A model generated the notes under the pieces. It saw nothing but the letters and a program-made list of their open reading frames with translations, was not told the DNA's origin and made no database searches. Both the position numbers and the translations under genes were made by a program. Shown here piece by piece: positions 1-10,061 of a DNA stretch of 64,000 nucleotides. Source of the stretch: an uncultured Bifidobacteriaceae bacterium (GTDB taxonomy: Bacteria; Actinomycetota; Acidimicrobiia; IMCC26256; PALSA-555); assembly GCA_964501785.1 (NCBI GenBank), contig CAZCUD010000010.1, positions 66,088-130,087 of the forward strand, read 5' to 3'. Numbering within the stretch: the first letter of the stretch is position 1; every line of letters starts with the position of its first letter.

Positions 1-1035
1 GTCTTCCTGATCCCCGACTCGAAGGACCCGCATCCCCAGCGGATCGACCCGATCGGTGCGCTCCTCTCGATCGTCGGTCTCTCGACGCTCCTGTACGCCG
101 TCATCGAGGGCCCGGTCGACGGTTGGACGTCGTCGATGACGCTGCTGTCGTTCGCGATCGGCGGCGTCACCCTCGCCCTGTTCTTCGTGTGGGAGCTGCG
201 CAGCGACCATCCGATGCTCGATCTCTCGTTCTTCAAGAACCCGCGCTTCTCGGTGGCCAGTGGCGCGATCGCACTCACGTTCTTCGCGATGTTCGGGTCG
301 ATCTTCCTGCTGACCCAGTACCTCCAGTTCGTGCTCGGCTACTCGCCGCTCGAGACCGGAGTGCGCCTCCTCGCGTACGCGATCCCGATGATGATCTTCG
401 CCCCGCTGTCGGCGCGCTTCGTCCACCACGTCGGCGCGAAGGTCGTCGTCGGCTCGGGGCTGACGCTCATGGCGGCCGGACTGCTCCTGTCGACGGGGCT
501 CGACGCGTCGTCGTCATATGGCGCGATCGCGTGGCGGATGGTGTTGATGGCAACGGGCATGGCGCTCACGATGGCACCCGCGACCGACTCGATCATGGGC
601 TCGCTCCCGCTGGCGAAGGCCGGCGTCGGCTCCGCGGTCAACGACACGACGCGCCAGATCGGCGGCGCGGTGGGGGTCGCGGTCGTGGGCAGCGTGTTCT
701 CGTCGATTTATAGCGCCCAGGTCGGCGACGCCATCGCCGGCGAGCCCGTGCCGCGCGGCCTGGTCGACGGCATCGAGGACTCGGTCGGCTTCGCGCTGCA
801 GGCCGCCGCGAGCATCGGGGGCGACGCGGGCGCGCAGGTCGCCGATGCGGCCCGTTCGGCGTTCGTCGACGGGCTCCACGCCGGCCTGATCGTCGCCGGC
901 GTCGTCGCCGCGATCGGTGCCGTGTGCGTGTTCCTGTGGCTGCCGGCGCGCGCCCGCCGTCAGGACGTCGATCGCCAGGAGGCGGAGTACAGCGGCCTGC
1001 GCCGGACCGAGATGGCGCCCACGCCGGGCAGCTGA
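1..1035 (+). CDS. MFS efflux transporter (DHA2/EmrB-QacA-like), C-terminal portion; the 5' end lies outside the window
   Basis: Frame 1 is open from base 1 into ORF 136..1035 (stop 1033-1035). It has a run of hydrophobic helices (LLSFAIGGVTLALFFVW, FGSIFLLTQYLQFVLGY, MVLMATGMALTMAPAT, LIVAGVVAAIGAVCVFLWL), as in 14-TM MFS exporters. Confidence 0.8.
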   Translation, partial: VFLIPDSKDPHPQRIDPIGALLSIVGLSTLLYAVIEGPVDGWTSSMTLLSFAIGGVTLALFFVWELRSDHPMLDLSFFKNPRFSVASGAIALTFFAMFGSIFLLTQYLQFVLGYSPLETGVRLLAYAIPMMIFAPLSARFVHHVGAKVVVGSGLTLMAAGLLLSTGLDASSSYGAIAWRMVLMATGMALTMAPATDSIMGSLPLAKAGVGSAVNDTTRQIGGAVGVAVVGSVFSSIYSAQVGDAIAGEPVPRGLVDGIEDSVGFALQAAASIGGDAGAQVADAARSAFVDGLHAGLIVAGVVAAIGAVCVFLWLPARARRQDVDRQEAEYSGLRRTEMAPTPGS

Positions 1036-1039
1036 GGAG

Positions 1040-4000
1040 TCAGCGAGCGGTGATGGCGGCGGCGAGCAGCTCGGCCTGCTCGCGCTCGTGGACCTTGGTG
1101 CTCCCGGTCGCCGGGCTCGCGCTCGCGGCTCGGGCGACGTGGCGCAGGTCGATGCCACGGGCCTTCAGGATGCGCAGCAGCTTGCCGTGGACGAAGTTCC
1201 ACGCGCCCATGTTCCCCGGCTCCTCCTGCACCCACCAGACCTCGGTCGCCTGGGAGTAGCGAGCGAGGACCTGGGTGAGCTCGACCTCGGGCCAGGGGTA
1301 GAGCTGCTCGATGCGCACGATCGCCACCGGGGCGGACTGCGCGTCGCGTGCGTCCATCAGCTCGTGCCCGAGCTTGCCGGCGCAGAGGACGACCCGTCCG
1401 ACGGTCGCGGGATCGAGCGTGTCCGCGGCCCGATCGTCGAGCACGCTGTGGAAGCTGCCGTCGGTGAGCTCGGTGACGGGTGAGCGCGTGTGCTGCATGC
1501 GGAGGTAGCGCTTCGGGGTCAGGCACACGAGCGGGATCCGGCGCGCGGCCTTCACCTGGCGGCGGAGCGTGTGGAAGTACTGGGCGGCCGTCGACGGGTA
1601 GACGACGCGCATGTTGTCCTCGGCGCACAGCGCGAGGAAGCGCTCGAGCCGGGCGCTCGAGTGCTCCGGGCCCTGGCCCTCGAACCCGTGGGGGAGCAGG
1701 AGCGACAGCGACGACTCCTGGCCCCACTTGTCGTCGGCCGAGACCAGGAACTGGTCGACGATGATCTGGGCACCGTTCACGAAGTCGCCGAACTGGGCTT
1801 CCCACGCGACGAACGAGCGCGGGTCGGCGACGGAGTAGCCGTACTCGAACCCGAGGGCGGCGTACTCGGAGAGGACCGAGTCGTAGAGCCGGATCGGTGC
1901 CTGGTCGGCCGAGAGGTGGGCCAGGGGCACGTACTCGGTCTCGGTCACGTGGTCGACGAGCACGCTGTGACGCTGGCTGAACGTGCCGCGCCGCGTGTCC
2001 TGACCCGCCAGCCGGACGGGGGTCCCTTCGAGGAGCATCGTGCCGAACGCGAGCGACTCGGCGAGCGCCCAGTCGACGTGACCCTCCTCGAACACCAGTC
2101 GGTTGGCCTGGAGCACCCGCTCGAGCTTCGGGTGCACCGAGAAGCCCTCCGGCCGCGTCTCGAGCGCGCGCACGACGGTCTCGAGCGCCTCGCGGGGCGC
2201 GGCCGTGGCGACCGGGGCGTCGGGCGGCTGGGGCGACTCTCCCGACTCGTCGAGCGACGGGCCTCGGGCATCGAGGCCGGTGTCGTGGGGCGTGTGGGTC
2301 TCCTCGAAGGCCTGGTCGAGGCGGGACCGGAAGTCGGCCCCGGCGGCCTCGCACTCCTCGGAGGTGAGGTCGCCCTTGGCGACGAGCTGCTGGGTGTAGA
2401 GCTCGCGCACGCCCGTCCGCGCCTCGATCAGGGCGTACATGCCGGGCTGGGTGAAGCCGGGCTCGTCGGTCTCGTTGTGCCCGTACCGGCGGTAGCAGAC
2501 GAGGTCGACGACCACGTCCTTCTGGAACGTTCGACGGAACTCGTACGCGAGCCGCATGACGCGCACCGCGGCTTCGGGATCGTCGCCGTTCACGTGGAAG
2601 ATCGGTGCCTGCACCATCTTGGCGACGTCGGTCGCGTAGACCGACGAGCGCCCCGACTCCGGCGCCGTGGTGAAGCCGAGCTGGTTGTCGACGACGACGT
2701 GCACCGTGCCGCCGACGTCGTAGCCCTCGACCTCGGACAGGTTGAGCGTCTCGGCGACGACCCCCTGGCCCGCGAACGCCGCATCGCCGTGGATCAGCAC
2801 GGGGAGCACCGCCGCCCCGGAGATGTCGCCCCGGCGGTCTCCTCGCGCCCGTGCCATCCCCTCCACCACCGGATCGACGGCTTCGAGGTGGCTCGGGTTC
2901 GCGGCGAGCATGACCTTCACCTTGTTGCCCGCGGGTGATCGGTGCTTGCCCTTGGTGCCGACGTGGTACTTCACGTCGCCCGAGCCCAACGTGCTCGCGG
3001 GATCGAGCTCGCCCTCGAACTCGCGGAAGATCTGTGCGTACGACTTGCCAACGACGTTGGCGAGCACGTTGAGCCGTCCGCGATGCGCCATGCCCATCAC
3101 GATCTCGGACACGCCGTCGTCGGCGGCCGCGGAGCAGACCGCGTCGAGCATCGGGATCAGGGTCTCGGCACCTTCGAGGCTGAACCGCTTCTGGCCGAGG
3201 TACTTGGTGTGCAGAAACCGTTCGAAGGCCTCGGCCGCGACGAGGCGGTCGAGGATGCGACGCTTCTCCTCGTGCGAGGGGTCGGGGGCGGGCGTCTCCA
3301 CCCGTCGCTGGATCCACTCCTTCTGGTCCGGCTCCTGGATGTGCATGTACTCGACGCCGACCGTGCGGGCGTAGGCGTCGCGGAGGCGACCGAGGATCTC
3401 GCGCAGCGGCAGGCGACGGGCGTCGTCGTCGTCTCCTCCCAGGGTTCCGGCGGGGAACTCGCGGTCGAGGTCCCAGATCGACAGCCCGTGGTGGTTGATG
3501 TCGAGCTCGGGATGCGTGGTCGGGTCGCGTCGTCCGAGGGGGTCGAGGTTCGCGAGGAGGTGCCCGCGCACCCGGTACATGTTGATGAGCTGGTGGACCT
3601 GCACGACCTTGTCGTGGGTCGCCTCGGGATCGAGCGCGGCGTGGTCCCGCAGCCAGCGAGCGGGCTCGTAGGGGACGGCCAGGCTGCGGAACACCTCGTC
3701 GTAGAGCTCGTCGCCGAGGAGCAGGTCGTGGATCCGCCGCAGGAACTCGCCGCTCTCGGCGCCCCCGATGATCCGGTGGTCGTAGGTGTTGGTCAGCGTC
3801 GTGACCGTGCTGACCCCGAGCCGGGCGAGTGCCTGCGGGTCGGCGCCTTCGTACTCGGACGGGTGGCCGATCGCGCCGACGCCGAGGATGAACGCCTGCC
3901 CCGGCATCAACCGAGGCACCGAGTGGACGGTGCCGATCATGCCCGGGTTGGTGATCGTCGCCGTGGTGCCGGCGAAGTCGTCGGGCGACATCTTCTGGGC

Positions 4001-4765
4001 CCGCACCTTCTCGATGACCTCTTCGTACGCGGCCCAGAAGCCCGCGAAGTCGAGCGTGTCGGCACGCTTGACGTTGGGGACGAGCAGCGTGCGGGTGCCG
4101 TCGGGGCGCTCGAGGTCGACCGCGAGGCCGAGGTTGACGTGGGGGTGGTGCACGAGCGTCGGCTTGCCGTCGCGCTCCTCGAAGCTCGAGCTGAGGTTGG
4201 GGAAGTCGCGCAACGCCTGCACGACCGCGAACGCGATCAGGTGGGTGAAGCTGACCTTGCCCCGACCGGTGCGCCCGAGGTGGTTGTTGAGGATCTGGCG
4301 GTTGACCTCGAGGAGCTTGGCCGGCACCGTCCGGACCGACGTCGCCGTGGGGACGCCGAGGCTCGCCTCCATGTTCTCGGCGATCCGGGCCTGCACGCCG
4401 CGCAGCGGCTCGCTGGTCTCGACGTCGGGGGCCTCCGGGCCGGCGTCGGGCGCCGCGGGCGGCGCCGCCACCGAGGGAGTCGGCGGCGCCTGCGGCTCCG
4501 GCCGGGTCGAGGGTGGCGCCGGGGGGACCGGGGGTGCGGGCGCGGGTGCGGCCTGCGCTCTGGCCCCGTCGCCGTTGCCGCCGGGGGCCTCGGTCGCGAA
4601 GTACCGACGCCACCGCTCGGGGACGGACGCGGGGTTCTCCCGGTACTGCTCGTAGAGGTCATCGACCAGCCCCTCGTTGGGGCCGGCCTCGTCGAACGCC
4701 ACGAACCCATGCTCGCGCGGGCCAGTCAGCTGCCGAAAAGGCGACGTGGAGACGGGTCGTGTCAA
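1040..4765 (-). CDS. kgd: 2-oxoglutarate dehydrogenase E1 / multifunctional 2-oxoglutarate metabolism enzyme (actinobacterial Kgd type)
   Basis: 1241-aa ORF. The N-terminus has SPF..LVDDLYEQYRENP. An internal acyltransferase-like block is present (HHPHVNLGLAVD, DHRIIGGAESGEFL), as are ThDP E1 blocks (GMAHRGRLNVLANVVGK, HGDAAFAGQGVV, LLPHGFEGQGPEHSS). Confidence 0.9.
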   Translation of the reverse strand: MTRPVSTSPFRQLTGPREHGFVAFDEAGPNEGLVDDLYEQYRENPASVPERWRRYFATEAPGGNGDGARAQAAPAPAPPVPPAPPSTRPEPQAPPTPSVAAPPAAPDAGPEAPDVETSEPLRGVQARIAENMEASLGVPTATSVRTVPAKLLEVNRQILNNHLGRTGRGKVSFTHLIAFAVVQALRDFPNLSSSFEERDGKPTLVHHPHVNLGLAVDLERPDGTRTLLVPNVKRADTLDFAGFWAAYEEVIEKVRAQKMSPDDFAGTTATITNPGMIGTVHSVPRLMPGQAFILGVGAIGHPSEYEGADPQALARLGVSTVTTLTNTYDHRIIGGAESGEFLRRIHDLLLGDELYDEVFRSLAVPYEPARWLRDHAALDPEATHDKVVQVHQLINMYRVRGHLLANLDPLGRRDPTTHPELDINHHGLSIWDLDREFPAGTLGGDDDDARRLPLREILGRLRDAYARTVGVEYMHIQEPDQKEWIQRRVETPAPDPSHEEKRRILDRLVAAEAFERFLHTKYLGQKRFSLEGAETLIPMLDAVCSAAADDGVSEIVMGMAHRGRLNVLANVVGKSYAQIFREFEGELDPASTLGSGDVKYHVGTKGKHRSPAGNKVKVMLAANPSHLEAVDPVVEGMARARGDRRGDISGAAVLPVLIHGDAAFAGQGVVAETLNLSEVEGYDVGGTVHVVVDNQLGFTTAPESGRSSVYATDVAKMVQAPIFHVNGDDPEAAVRVMRLAYEFRRTFQKDVVVDLVCYRRYGHNETDEPGFTQPGMYALIEARTGVRELYTQQLVAKGDLTSEECEAAGADFRSRLDQAFEETHTPHDTGLDARGPSLDESGESPQPPDAPVATAAPREALETVVRALETRPEGFSVHPKLERVLQANRLVFEEGHVDWALAESLAFGTMLLEGTPVRLAGQDTRRGTFSQRHSVLVDHVTETEYVPLAHLSADQAPIRLYDSVLSEYAALGFEYGYSVADPRSFVAWEAQFGDFVNGAQIIVDQFLVSADDKWGQESSLSLLLPHGFEGQGPEHSSARLERFLALCAEDNMRVVYPSTAAQYFHTLRRQVKAARRIPLVCLTPKRYLRMQHTRSPVTELTDGSFHSVLDDRAADTLDPATVGRVVLCAGKLGHELMDARDAQSAPVAIVRIEQLYPWPEVELTQVLARYSQATEVWWVQEEPGNMGAWNFVHGKLLRILKARGIDLRHVARAASASPATGSTKVHEREQAELLAAAITAR

Positions 4766-4976
4766 CCCCGATGCTCGTGGGGGTCAACGAGGTCCGGCGT
4801 AGTACCCGTGAACCCTTGCTGGCGCTGGTCTGAACTCGTCTGCCGCCGCTAGTTTCGAGGGTCCCAGATGCGCCTAGAATCGACAGTCCGCCGCCGCCTC
4901 TTCGCTCGACGCCTGCTTCCTGTCCGCCCTGTTCCGCCTCGCTAAAGTCTCGCAAGTTTTCGGCGCGCCTCTCAGG

Positions 4977-6326
4977 ATGACGACCTTGCAGAACTGGACC
5001 CCTTCTTCCTGGCACGGCTTCGAGATCGACCAGGAGCCGGATTGGTACGACGAGGATGTCCTCCTTGACGTACTGAAGCAGCTCCGAAGTCTGCCGCCGT
5101 TGATCTTCGCTGGCGAAGCGCGTGCGCTGAAGGACGAACTCGCGCTGGCGGCGGCCGGTGAAGCGTTCGTGTTGCAGGCCGGAGACTGTGCTGAGACCTT
5201 CGCTGACCTGTCGGCTGACCATGTGCGCGACGACCTGAAGGTTCTGCTGCAGCTGGCGGTCGTGCTGACCTACTCGGGCGGAGTGCCGGTTGTGAAGATC
5301 GGGCGCATCGCCGGTCAGTTCGCCAAGCCGCGTTCCTCTCCGTTCGAGACGGCCTCCGATGGCACGACCTTGCCGTCGTACCGCGGTGACATGTTGAATC
5401 GTCTTGAGTTCACCGAGGAAGCGCGTCGCCACGATCCAGAGAACATGTTGCGCGCATACAACCAGGCTGCAGCCACGCTCAATCTGCTGCGCGGATTCAC
5501 GAGTGGTGGTTTTGCTGATCTAGCGGATGTCCATTCTTGGAACCGCGCTTTTGTCGCTTCGAGCAATGAGGGGCGCCGTTACGAGGCGCTCGCGTCCGGA
5601 ATCGACGGAGCGCTTCGCTTCATGAAGGCGTGTGGGATCGATTCTCCGGAGATGCACCAAACACGCCTTTACACCAGCCACGAGGCTCTCGTCCTCCACT
5701 ACGAGGAAGCGCTCACTCGGCAGGATTCGACCGACAACGACCGTTGGTACGACTGCTCAGCGCACATGCTGTGGATCGGAACGCGCACGAAGGAAATTCA
5801 GAAGGCACACGTTGAGTTTCTTCGCGGGGTGAACAATCCGATCGGGCTCAAGATCGATCGTAAGAACACTCCATCGCAGTTGTTGGACTGGTGCGAAAAG
5901 CTCAATCCTGACCGCGAGCCGGGCAGGTTGACGTTTGTTAGTCGAATGGGTCGCGAGCACGTTTCGGAGCTGGAGCCCCTTATCGAGGCTGTGAAGGCTA
6001 CTGATCATCCCGTCGTATGGATGTGTGACCCGATGCATGGAAACACGTTCTCCAGCGAGGGGGGCCTTAAGACGCGGCGTTTCGACGACGTATTCGACGA
6101 GTTGTCGCAGTACTTCGCGATTCATCGCAAGTGCGGTACTTGGCCCGGTGGGATCCACCTTGAGTTGACAGGTGACAACGTCACCGAATGCATCGGCGGG
6201 TCCGACGGCCTTCGCGACGAGGAACTGCACCACAGGTACCAGACGGCATGCGATCCCCGCTTGAATGCACGACAGTCGTTGGATCTCGCGTTCCGTGTGG
6301 CCGAACTTCTGGCTGACGCGCGTTAG
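4977..6326 (+). CDS. 3-deoxy-7-phosphoheptulonate (DAHP) synthase, class II
   Basis: 449-aa ORF with class II DAHPS blocks: LPPLIFAGEAR, LQAGDCAETF, KIGRIAGQFAKPRS, PSYRGD, LWIGTRT, DPMHGNT, HLELTGDNVTECIGG. Composition is visibly less GC-rich than the neighbours. Confidence 0.9.
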   Translation: MTTLQNWTPSSWHGFEIDQEPDWYDEDVLLDVLKQLRSLPPLIFAGEARALKDELALAAAGEAFVLQAGDCAETFADLSADHVRDDLKVLLQLAVVLTYSGGVPVVKIGRIAGQFAKPRSSPFETASDGTTLPSYRGDMLNRLEFTEEARRHDPENMLRAYNQAAATLNLLRGFTSGGFADLADVHSWNRAFVASSNEGRRYEALASGIDGALRFMKACGIDSPEMHQTRLYTSHEALVLHYEEALTRQDSTDNDRWYDCSAHMLWIGTRTKEIQKAHVEFLRGVNNPIGLKIDRKNTPSQLLDWCEKLNPDREPGRLTFVSRMGREHVSELEPLIEAVKATDHPVVWMCDPMHGNTFSSEGGLKTRRFDDVFDELSQYFAIHRKCGTWPGGIHLELTGDNVTECIGGSDGLRDEELHHRYQTACDPRLNARQSLDLAFRVAELLADAR

Positions 6327-6389
6327 CGCGGTAATAGGTCACGACGTCGCCCCATTGGTCTCGCTTCAGGGACGATCGACTTAGCCGAC

Positions 6390-6926
6390 CTAGAGATAGC
6401 CGCTCGGCGAGCTCGCGCCTTCGACTCCGGGGCCGGGGCCGGCCGCGCCCTGGGCCGCCTCGAGCGCGCGGCGTCGCCGCATCTCCTCGAGCTGGCCCTG
6501 GGCCATCGTCTGCTGGGTGAAGAGCGTCGCCTGGATGCCGTGGAACAGGCCCTCGAGCCAGCCCACCAGCTGGGCCTGGGCGAGACGCAGCTCCGACTCC
6601 GTCGGCGCCTCGGACGTGAACGGCAGCACGACCTCCTCGAGCTCGGCCTGGAGCTCGGGTGAGAGCACGCTCTCGAGCTCGGTGAGCGACCGCTCGTGGA
6701 TCTCTCGGAGGCGCCGCCGTCCCGCGTCGTCGAGGGGCGCGCGACGCACCTCGTCGAGCATGGTGCGCACCATCGACGCGATCCGGATCAGCTTGGTCGG
6801 GCGCGTGACCTGCTCGTCGGGCTCGGGTGCGCCGTCGGCGCCGGGCGCGCCCTCGGCCGCGGGCGCGGCCGTCGCTTCGAGCACCTCGGGCTTCACCGGC
6901 TGGGCCGTCTCGTCGCTCGCGGTCAT
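6390..6926 (-). CDS. bpa: Bacterial proteasome activator (Bpa/PafE, DUF2587) family protein
   Basis: ATG at 6926 is preceded by GGAGGAG. The 178-aa product has an acidic/Pro-rich N-terminus, a helical core (LIRIASMVRTMLDEVRRAPLD, LRLAQAQLVGWLEGLF) and a C-terminal ...PSGYL resembling the GQYL proteasome-docking tail. The longer 347-aa ORF was rejected. Confidence 0.7.
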   Translation of the reverse strand: MTASDETAQPVKPEVLEATAAPAAEGAPGADGAPEPDEQVTRPTKLIRIASMVRTMLDEVRRAPLDDAGRRRLREIHERSLTELESVLSPELQAELEEVVLPFTSEAPTESELRLAQAQLVGWLEGLFHGIQATLFTQQTMAQGQLEEMRRRRALEAAQGAAGPGPGVEGASSPSGYL

Positions 6927-7077
6927 CGACTCCTCCTGGGGATCTCCACAAGGATAGGGAGTGGACGACGGTGGCCTCGCTTCGATAGCCGAACGAGCGA
7001 TGCGAGGCGACGATTCGAGCCGGGGTGGCGACGAGGCCGACCGGTACGCTCCGTGAGCACTATGGATCGCCGTCTCG

Positions 7078-8742
7078 ATGCGTGAGCAGCTCCTGGTCCA
7101 CCTGCGACGGGCGCTGACGGCGATCGGTCTCCCCGAGCCCGACGACGGGATCGAGCTCGATCCGCCCAAGCAGCCCGAGCACGGCGACTGGACCACCAAC
7201 GTCGCCCTCAAGGTGGCCAAGCCCGCGGGACGCAAGCCTCGCGACGTGGCCGACGAGCTCGCAGCGGCGCTGCGAGCCGACCCGCCCCCGCACCTGGCGG
7301 ACGTGCAGGTCGCGGGCCCGGGCTTCGTCAACCTCCACCTCGCCCCGGCGTGGCTCCACGAGGTCCTGCGGGCGGTCGTCGCCGCGGGTGACCGGTACGG
7401 CCACGGTGACGCACTGGGAGGTGCGCGCATCAACCTGGAGTTCGTCTCGGCGAACCCGACCGGGCCGCTCCATGCCGGCGGCGGTCGCTGGGTCGCCGTC
7501 GGCGACGCGCTCGCGAACCTGCTGGCCGCGCAGGGGGCGGCCGTGCACCGTGAGTACTACCTCAACGACGCCGGCAACCAGCTCGACGCGTTCGGCGCGT
7601 CGCTCTTCGCGCGCTACGAGGGTCGCGAGCCGCCCGAGGACGGCTACCAGGGCGAGTACCTGGTCGAGATGGCGGCTCGGATGCGGGCCGAGATCGGCGA
7701 CGCCGTGACCGAGGAGCAGGCGCGCGAATGGGGCTATCGCGACGTCGTCCGGCAGCTCGAGCACGACGTGGGCCGCATCGGCGTGCACTTCGACACGTGG
7801 TTCTCGGAGCGCACGCTGCACGAGCGTGGCGACGTCGATCGCGTCCTTGCCGACCTCCGGGCGCGCGGGGTCGCGTACGAGGACGACGGCGCATCCTGGT
7901 TGCGGACGTCCGACTTCGGTGACCAGCGCGACCGCGTCCTCGTGAAGTCCGACGGCTCGACGACGTACCTCTGCAACGACCTCGCCTACCACCGCGACAA
8001 GATCGATCGCGGTTGGGAGCACCTCATCGACATCTGGGGCGCCGACCACCACGGCCAGGTGAAGAGCCTCCAGGCCGGGCTCGAGGCCCTGGGCCTCCCG
8101 GCGGGTCAGCCCGAGGTGCTGCTCGGTCAGCTCGTCAGGGTGCAGCGCGGCGGCGAGGTCGTGCGCATGTCGAAGCGGGCCGGCGACATCGTGACGCTCG
8201 CCGACATCCTCGACGAGGTCGATCCCGACGTCGCACGCCTGACGTTCCTGCTCCAGAGCATCGACACCGCGCAGACGTTCGATCTCGACGTCGTCACCGC
8301 GCAGTCGGCGGAGAACCCCGTGTACTACGTGCAGTACGCCCACGCGCGCATCGCATCGATCGGTCGCAAGGCGGCGGTCGAGGGCATCACCCGCCTGCCG
8401 ATCCTCGAGACCGACCTCGCGCCCCTCGTGCACGAGCGGGAGGTCGAGCTGCTCCGCGCGCTCGCGGCGTATCCCGAGGTCGTGGCCGAAGCGGCGGCGA
8501 TGCGGGCACCCCACCGTGTCACGACGTGGGTGCGAGAGTTCGCGGCCAGCTTCCACTCCTTCTACCGAGACTGTCGCGTCATCTCCGAGGACGTGGCGCT
8601 CACGCAAGCGCGGCTCTGGCTCGCGGAGGCGTGTCGCGTCGGGCTCAAGCACGCGCTCGACGTGCTGGGTGTCGGCGCGCCCGACGAGATGCGACGAGAC
8701 GATGGTGAGGTCGACGCGCTGCCCGACCCCTCGCGCGGGTGA
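7078..8742 (+). CDS. argS: Arginine--tRNA ligase
   Basis: 554-aa ORF with HGDWTTNVALK, FVSANPTGPLHAGGGR (HIGH-type), MSKRAGD (KMSK-type), and a C-terminal anticodon-binding region ending ...VGAPDEM. Confidence 0.95.
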   Translation: MREQLLVHLRRALTAIGLPEPDDGIELDPPKQPEHGDWTTNVALKVAKPAGRKPRDVADELAAALRADPPPHLADVQVAGPGFVNLHLAPAWLHEVLRAVVAAGDRYGHGDALGGARINLEFVSANPTGPLHAGGGRWVAVGDALANLLAAQGAAVHREYYLNDAGNQLDAFGASLFARYEGREPPEDGYQGEYLVEMAARMRAEIGDAVTEEQAREWGYRDVVRQLEHDVGRIGVHFDTWFSERTLHERGDVDRVLADLRARGVAYEDDGASWLRTSDFGDQRDRVLVKSDGSTTYLCNDLAYHRDKIDRGWEHLIDIWGADHHGQVKSLQAGLEALGLPAGQPEVLLGQLVRVQRGGEVVRMSKRAGDIVTLADILDEVDPDVARLTFLLQSIDTAQTFDLDVVTAQSAENPVYYVQYAHARIASIGRKAAVEGITRLPILETDLAPLVHEREVELLRALAAYPEVVAEAAAMRAPHRVTTWVREFAASFHSFYRDCRVISEDVALTQARLWLAEACRVGLKHALDVLGVGAPDEMRRDDGEVDALPDPSRG

Positions 8743-10031
8743 CCGTGGCCGCCGACGAACCGTTCGACGCGTCCCTCGTCCCGCCCGGGCTGCTGGCGGC
8801 CGACCTCGACGCGATCGCTCGCGAGTTCGGCACGCCCACGTTCGTCTACGACGAGGACGAGGTGCGCCGGCGCGCGCGCGAGTACGTCGAAGCGTTCGGT
8901 CCCGGGAGGGTCGCGTACGCATCGAAGGCGTTCCTGTGCAGCGCGCTCGTGCGGATCATCGACGAGGAGGGGCTCCACCTCGACTGCGCGACCGGAGGGG
9001 AGCTGCACGTGGCCCTGCACGCGGGCTTCCCGGCCGAGCGCATCGTGCTCCATGGCAACAACAAGTCCGACGACGAGCTCGCGGCCGCGATCGGCGCGGG
9101 CGTGGGGCGGATCGTCATCGACTCGTCCGACGAGATCGCCCGGATCGAACGGCTCGTCGACGCGGGGCGCGACCCGGTGCGCGTGCTCGTGCGAGTGACT
9201 CCGGGCGTCGAGGCGCACACGCACGAGTACATCGAGACCGGCACCGAGGCATCGAAGTTCGGCTTCACCATGACCGACGGCATCGCCGAGCAGGCGGTCG
9301 ATCGGGTGCACGCGAGCCCGGCCATGTCGCTCGCCGGGTTCCACTTCCACATCGGATCGCAGATCTACCGGCTCGACGCGTACACGCGCGCGATCGACCG
9401 GATCGCCGAGCTCGCGTCGTCCGTGCGGCGAGCCGGCGTGACCGTCGACGAGCTGAACGTCGGAGGTGGTCTCGGCGCCCGGTACCTCGCCGATGACCCC
9501 GAGCTGCCCGTCGCCGACCACGCCGCGAACCTGCGGCGCGCCGTCGCGGAGGCCTGGAGCGCAGCCGACCTCGGGCCCGCGCCGCACCTGATGGTCGAGC
9601 CCGGTCGGTCGATCATCGCCCCGTGCGCCGTCACCCTCTACCGCGTCGGCACCATCAAGGAGATCCCGGGGATCGGCACGTACGTCGCCGTCGACGGCGG
9701 GATGAGCGACAACCCGCGTCCGGTGCTCTACGGCGCCGGGTACGAGGCCTACCTGCCGGCCCGCATCGGCGATCGTCGGCCGCGGCGCGGCGCCGTCGTC
9801 GGGAAGCACTGCGAACAGGGCGACGTCCTCGTGGCCGACGCCGCCCTCCCGGAGGTGGTGGCGGTCGGTGACCTGCTCGCGACCCCGACCACCGGTGCGT
9901 ACGGGTACTCCATGGCGTCCAACTACAACGAGGTGCCCCGACCGGCGGTGGTCTTCGTGCGCGGTGGGCAGCCCCGGCTCGTCGTGCGCCGGGAGGTCCT
10001 CGACGACCTGGTGAGATTGGACGTGGAGTGA
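8739..10031 (+). CDS. lysA: Diaminopimelate decarboxylase
   Basis: The GTG start overlaps the argS stop (GTGA). Fold-type III PLP blocks are present: AYASKAFLC, HLDCATGGEL, HGNNKS, GGGLG, EPGRSI, CEQGD. It follows argS as in many actinobacteria. Confidence 0.95.
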   Translation: MTVAADEPFDASLVPPGLLAADLDAIAREFGTPTFVYDEDEVRRRAREYVEAFGPGRVAYASKAFLCSALVRIIDEEGLHLDCATGGELHVALHAGFPAERIVLHGNNKSDDELAAAIGAGVGRIVIDSSDEIARIERLVDAGRDPVRVLVRVTPGVEAHTHEYIETGTEASKFGFTMTDGIAEQAVDRVHASPAMSLAGFHFHIGSQIYRLDAYTRAIDRIAELASSVRRAGVTVDELNVGGGLGARYLADDPELPVADHAANLRRAVAEAWSAADLGPAPHLMVEPGRSIIAPCAVTLYRVGTIKEIPGIGTYVAVDGGMSDNPRPVLYGAGYEAYLPARIGDRRPRRGAVVGKHCEQGDVLVADAALPEVVAVGDLLATPTTGAYGYSMASNYNEVPRPAVVFVRGGQPRLVVRREVLDDLVRLDVE

Positions 10032-10061
10032 TCCGGCACCGGGTGGGAGAATCGTCGCCAC

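Noticed and set aside
960-4613. 1217-aa ORF on the minus strand, in a different frame from kgd
   Set aside because: It is extremely Arg/Pro/Gly/Ala-rich and low in complexity, and it fully overlaps a well-supported gene. This is a typical alternative-frame shadow ORF of GC-rich DNA.
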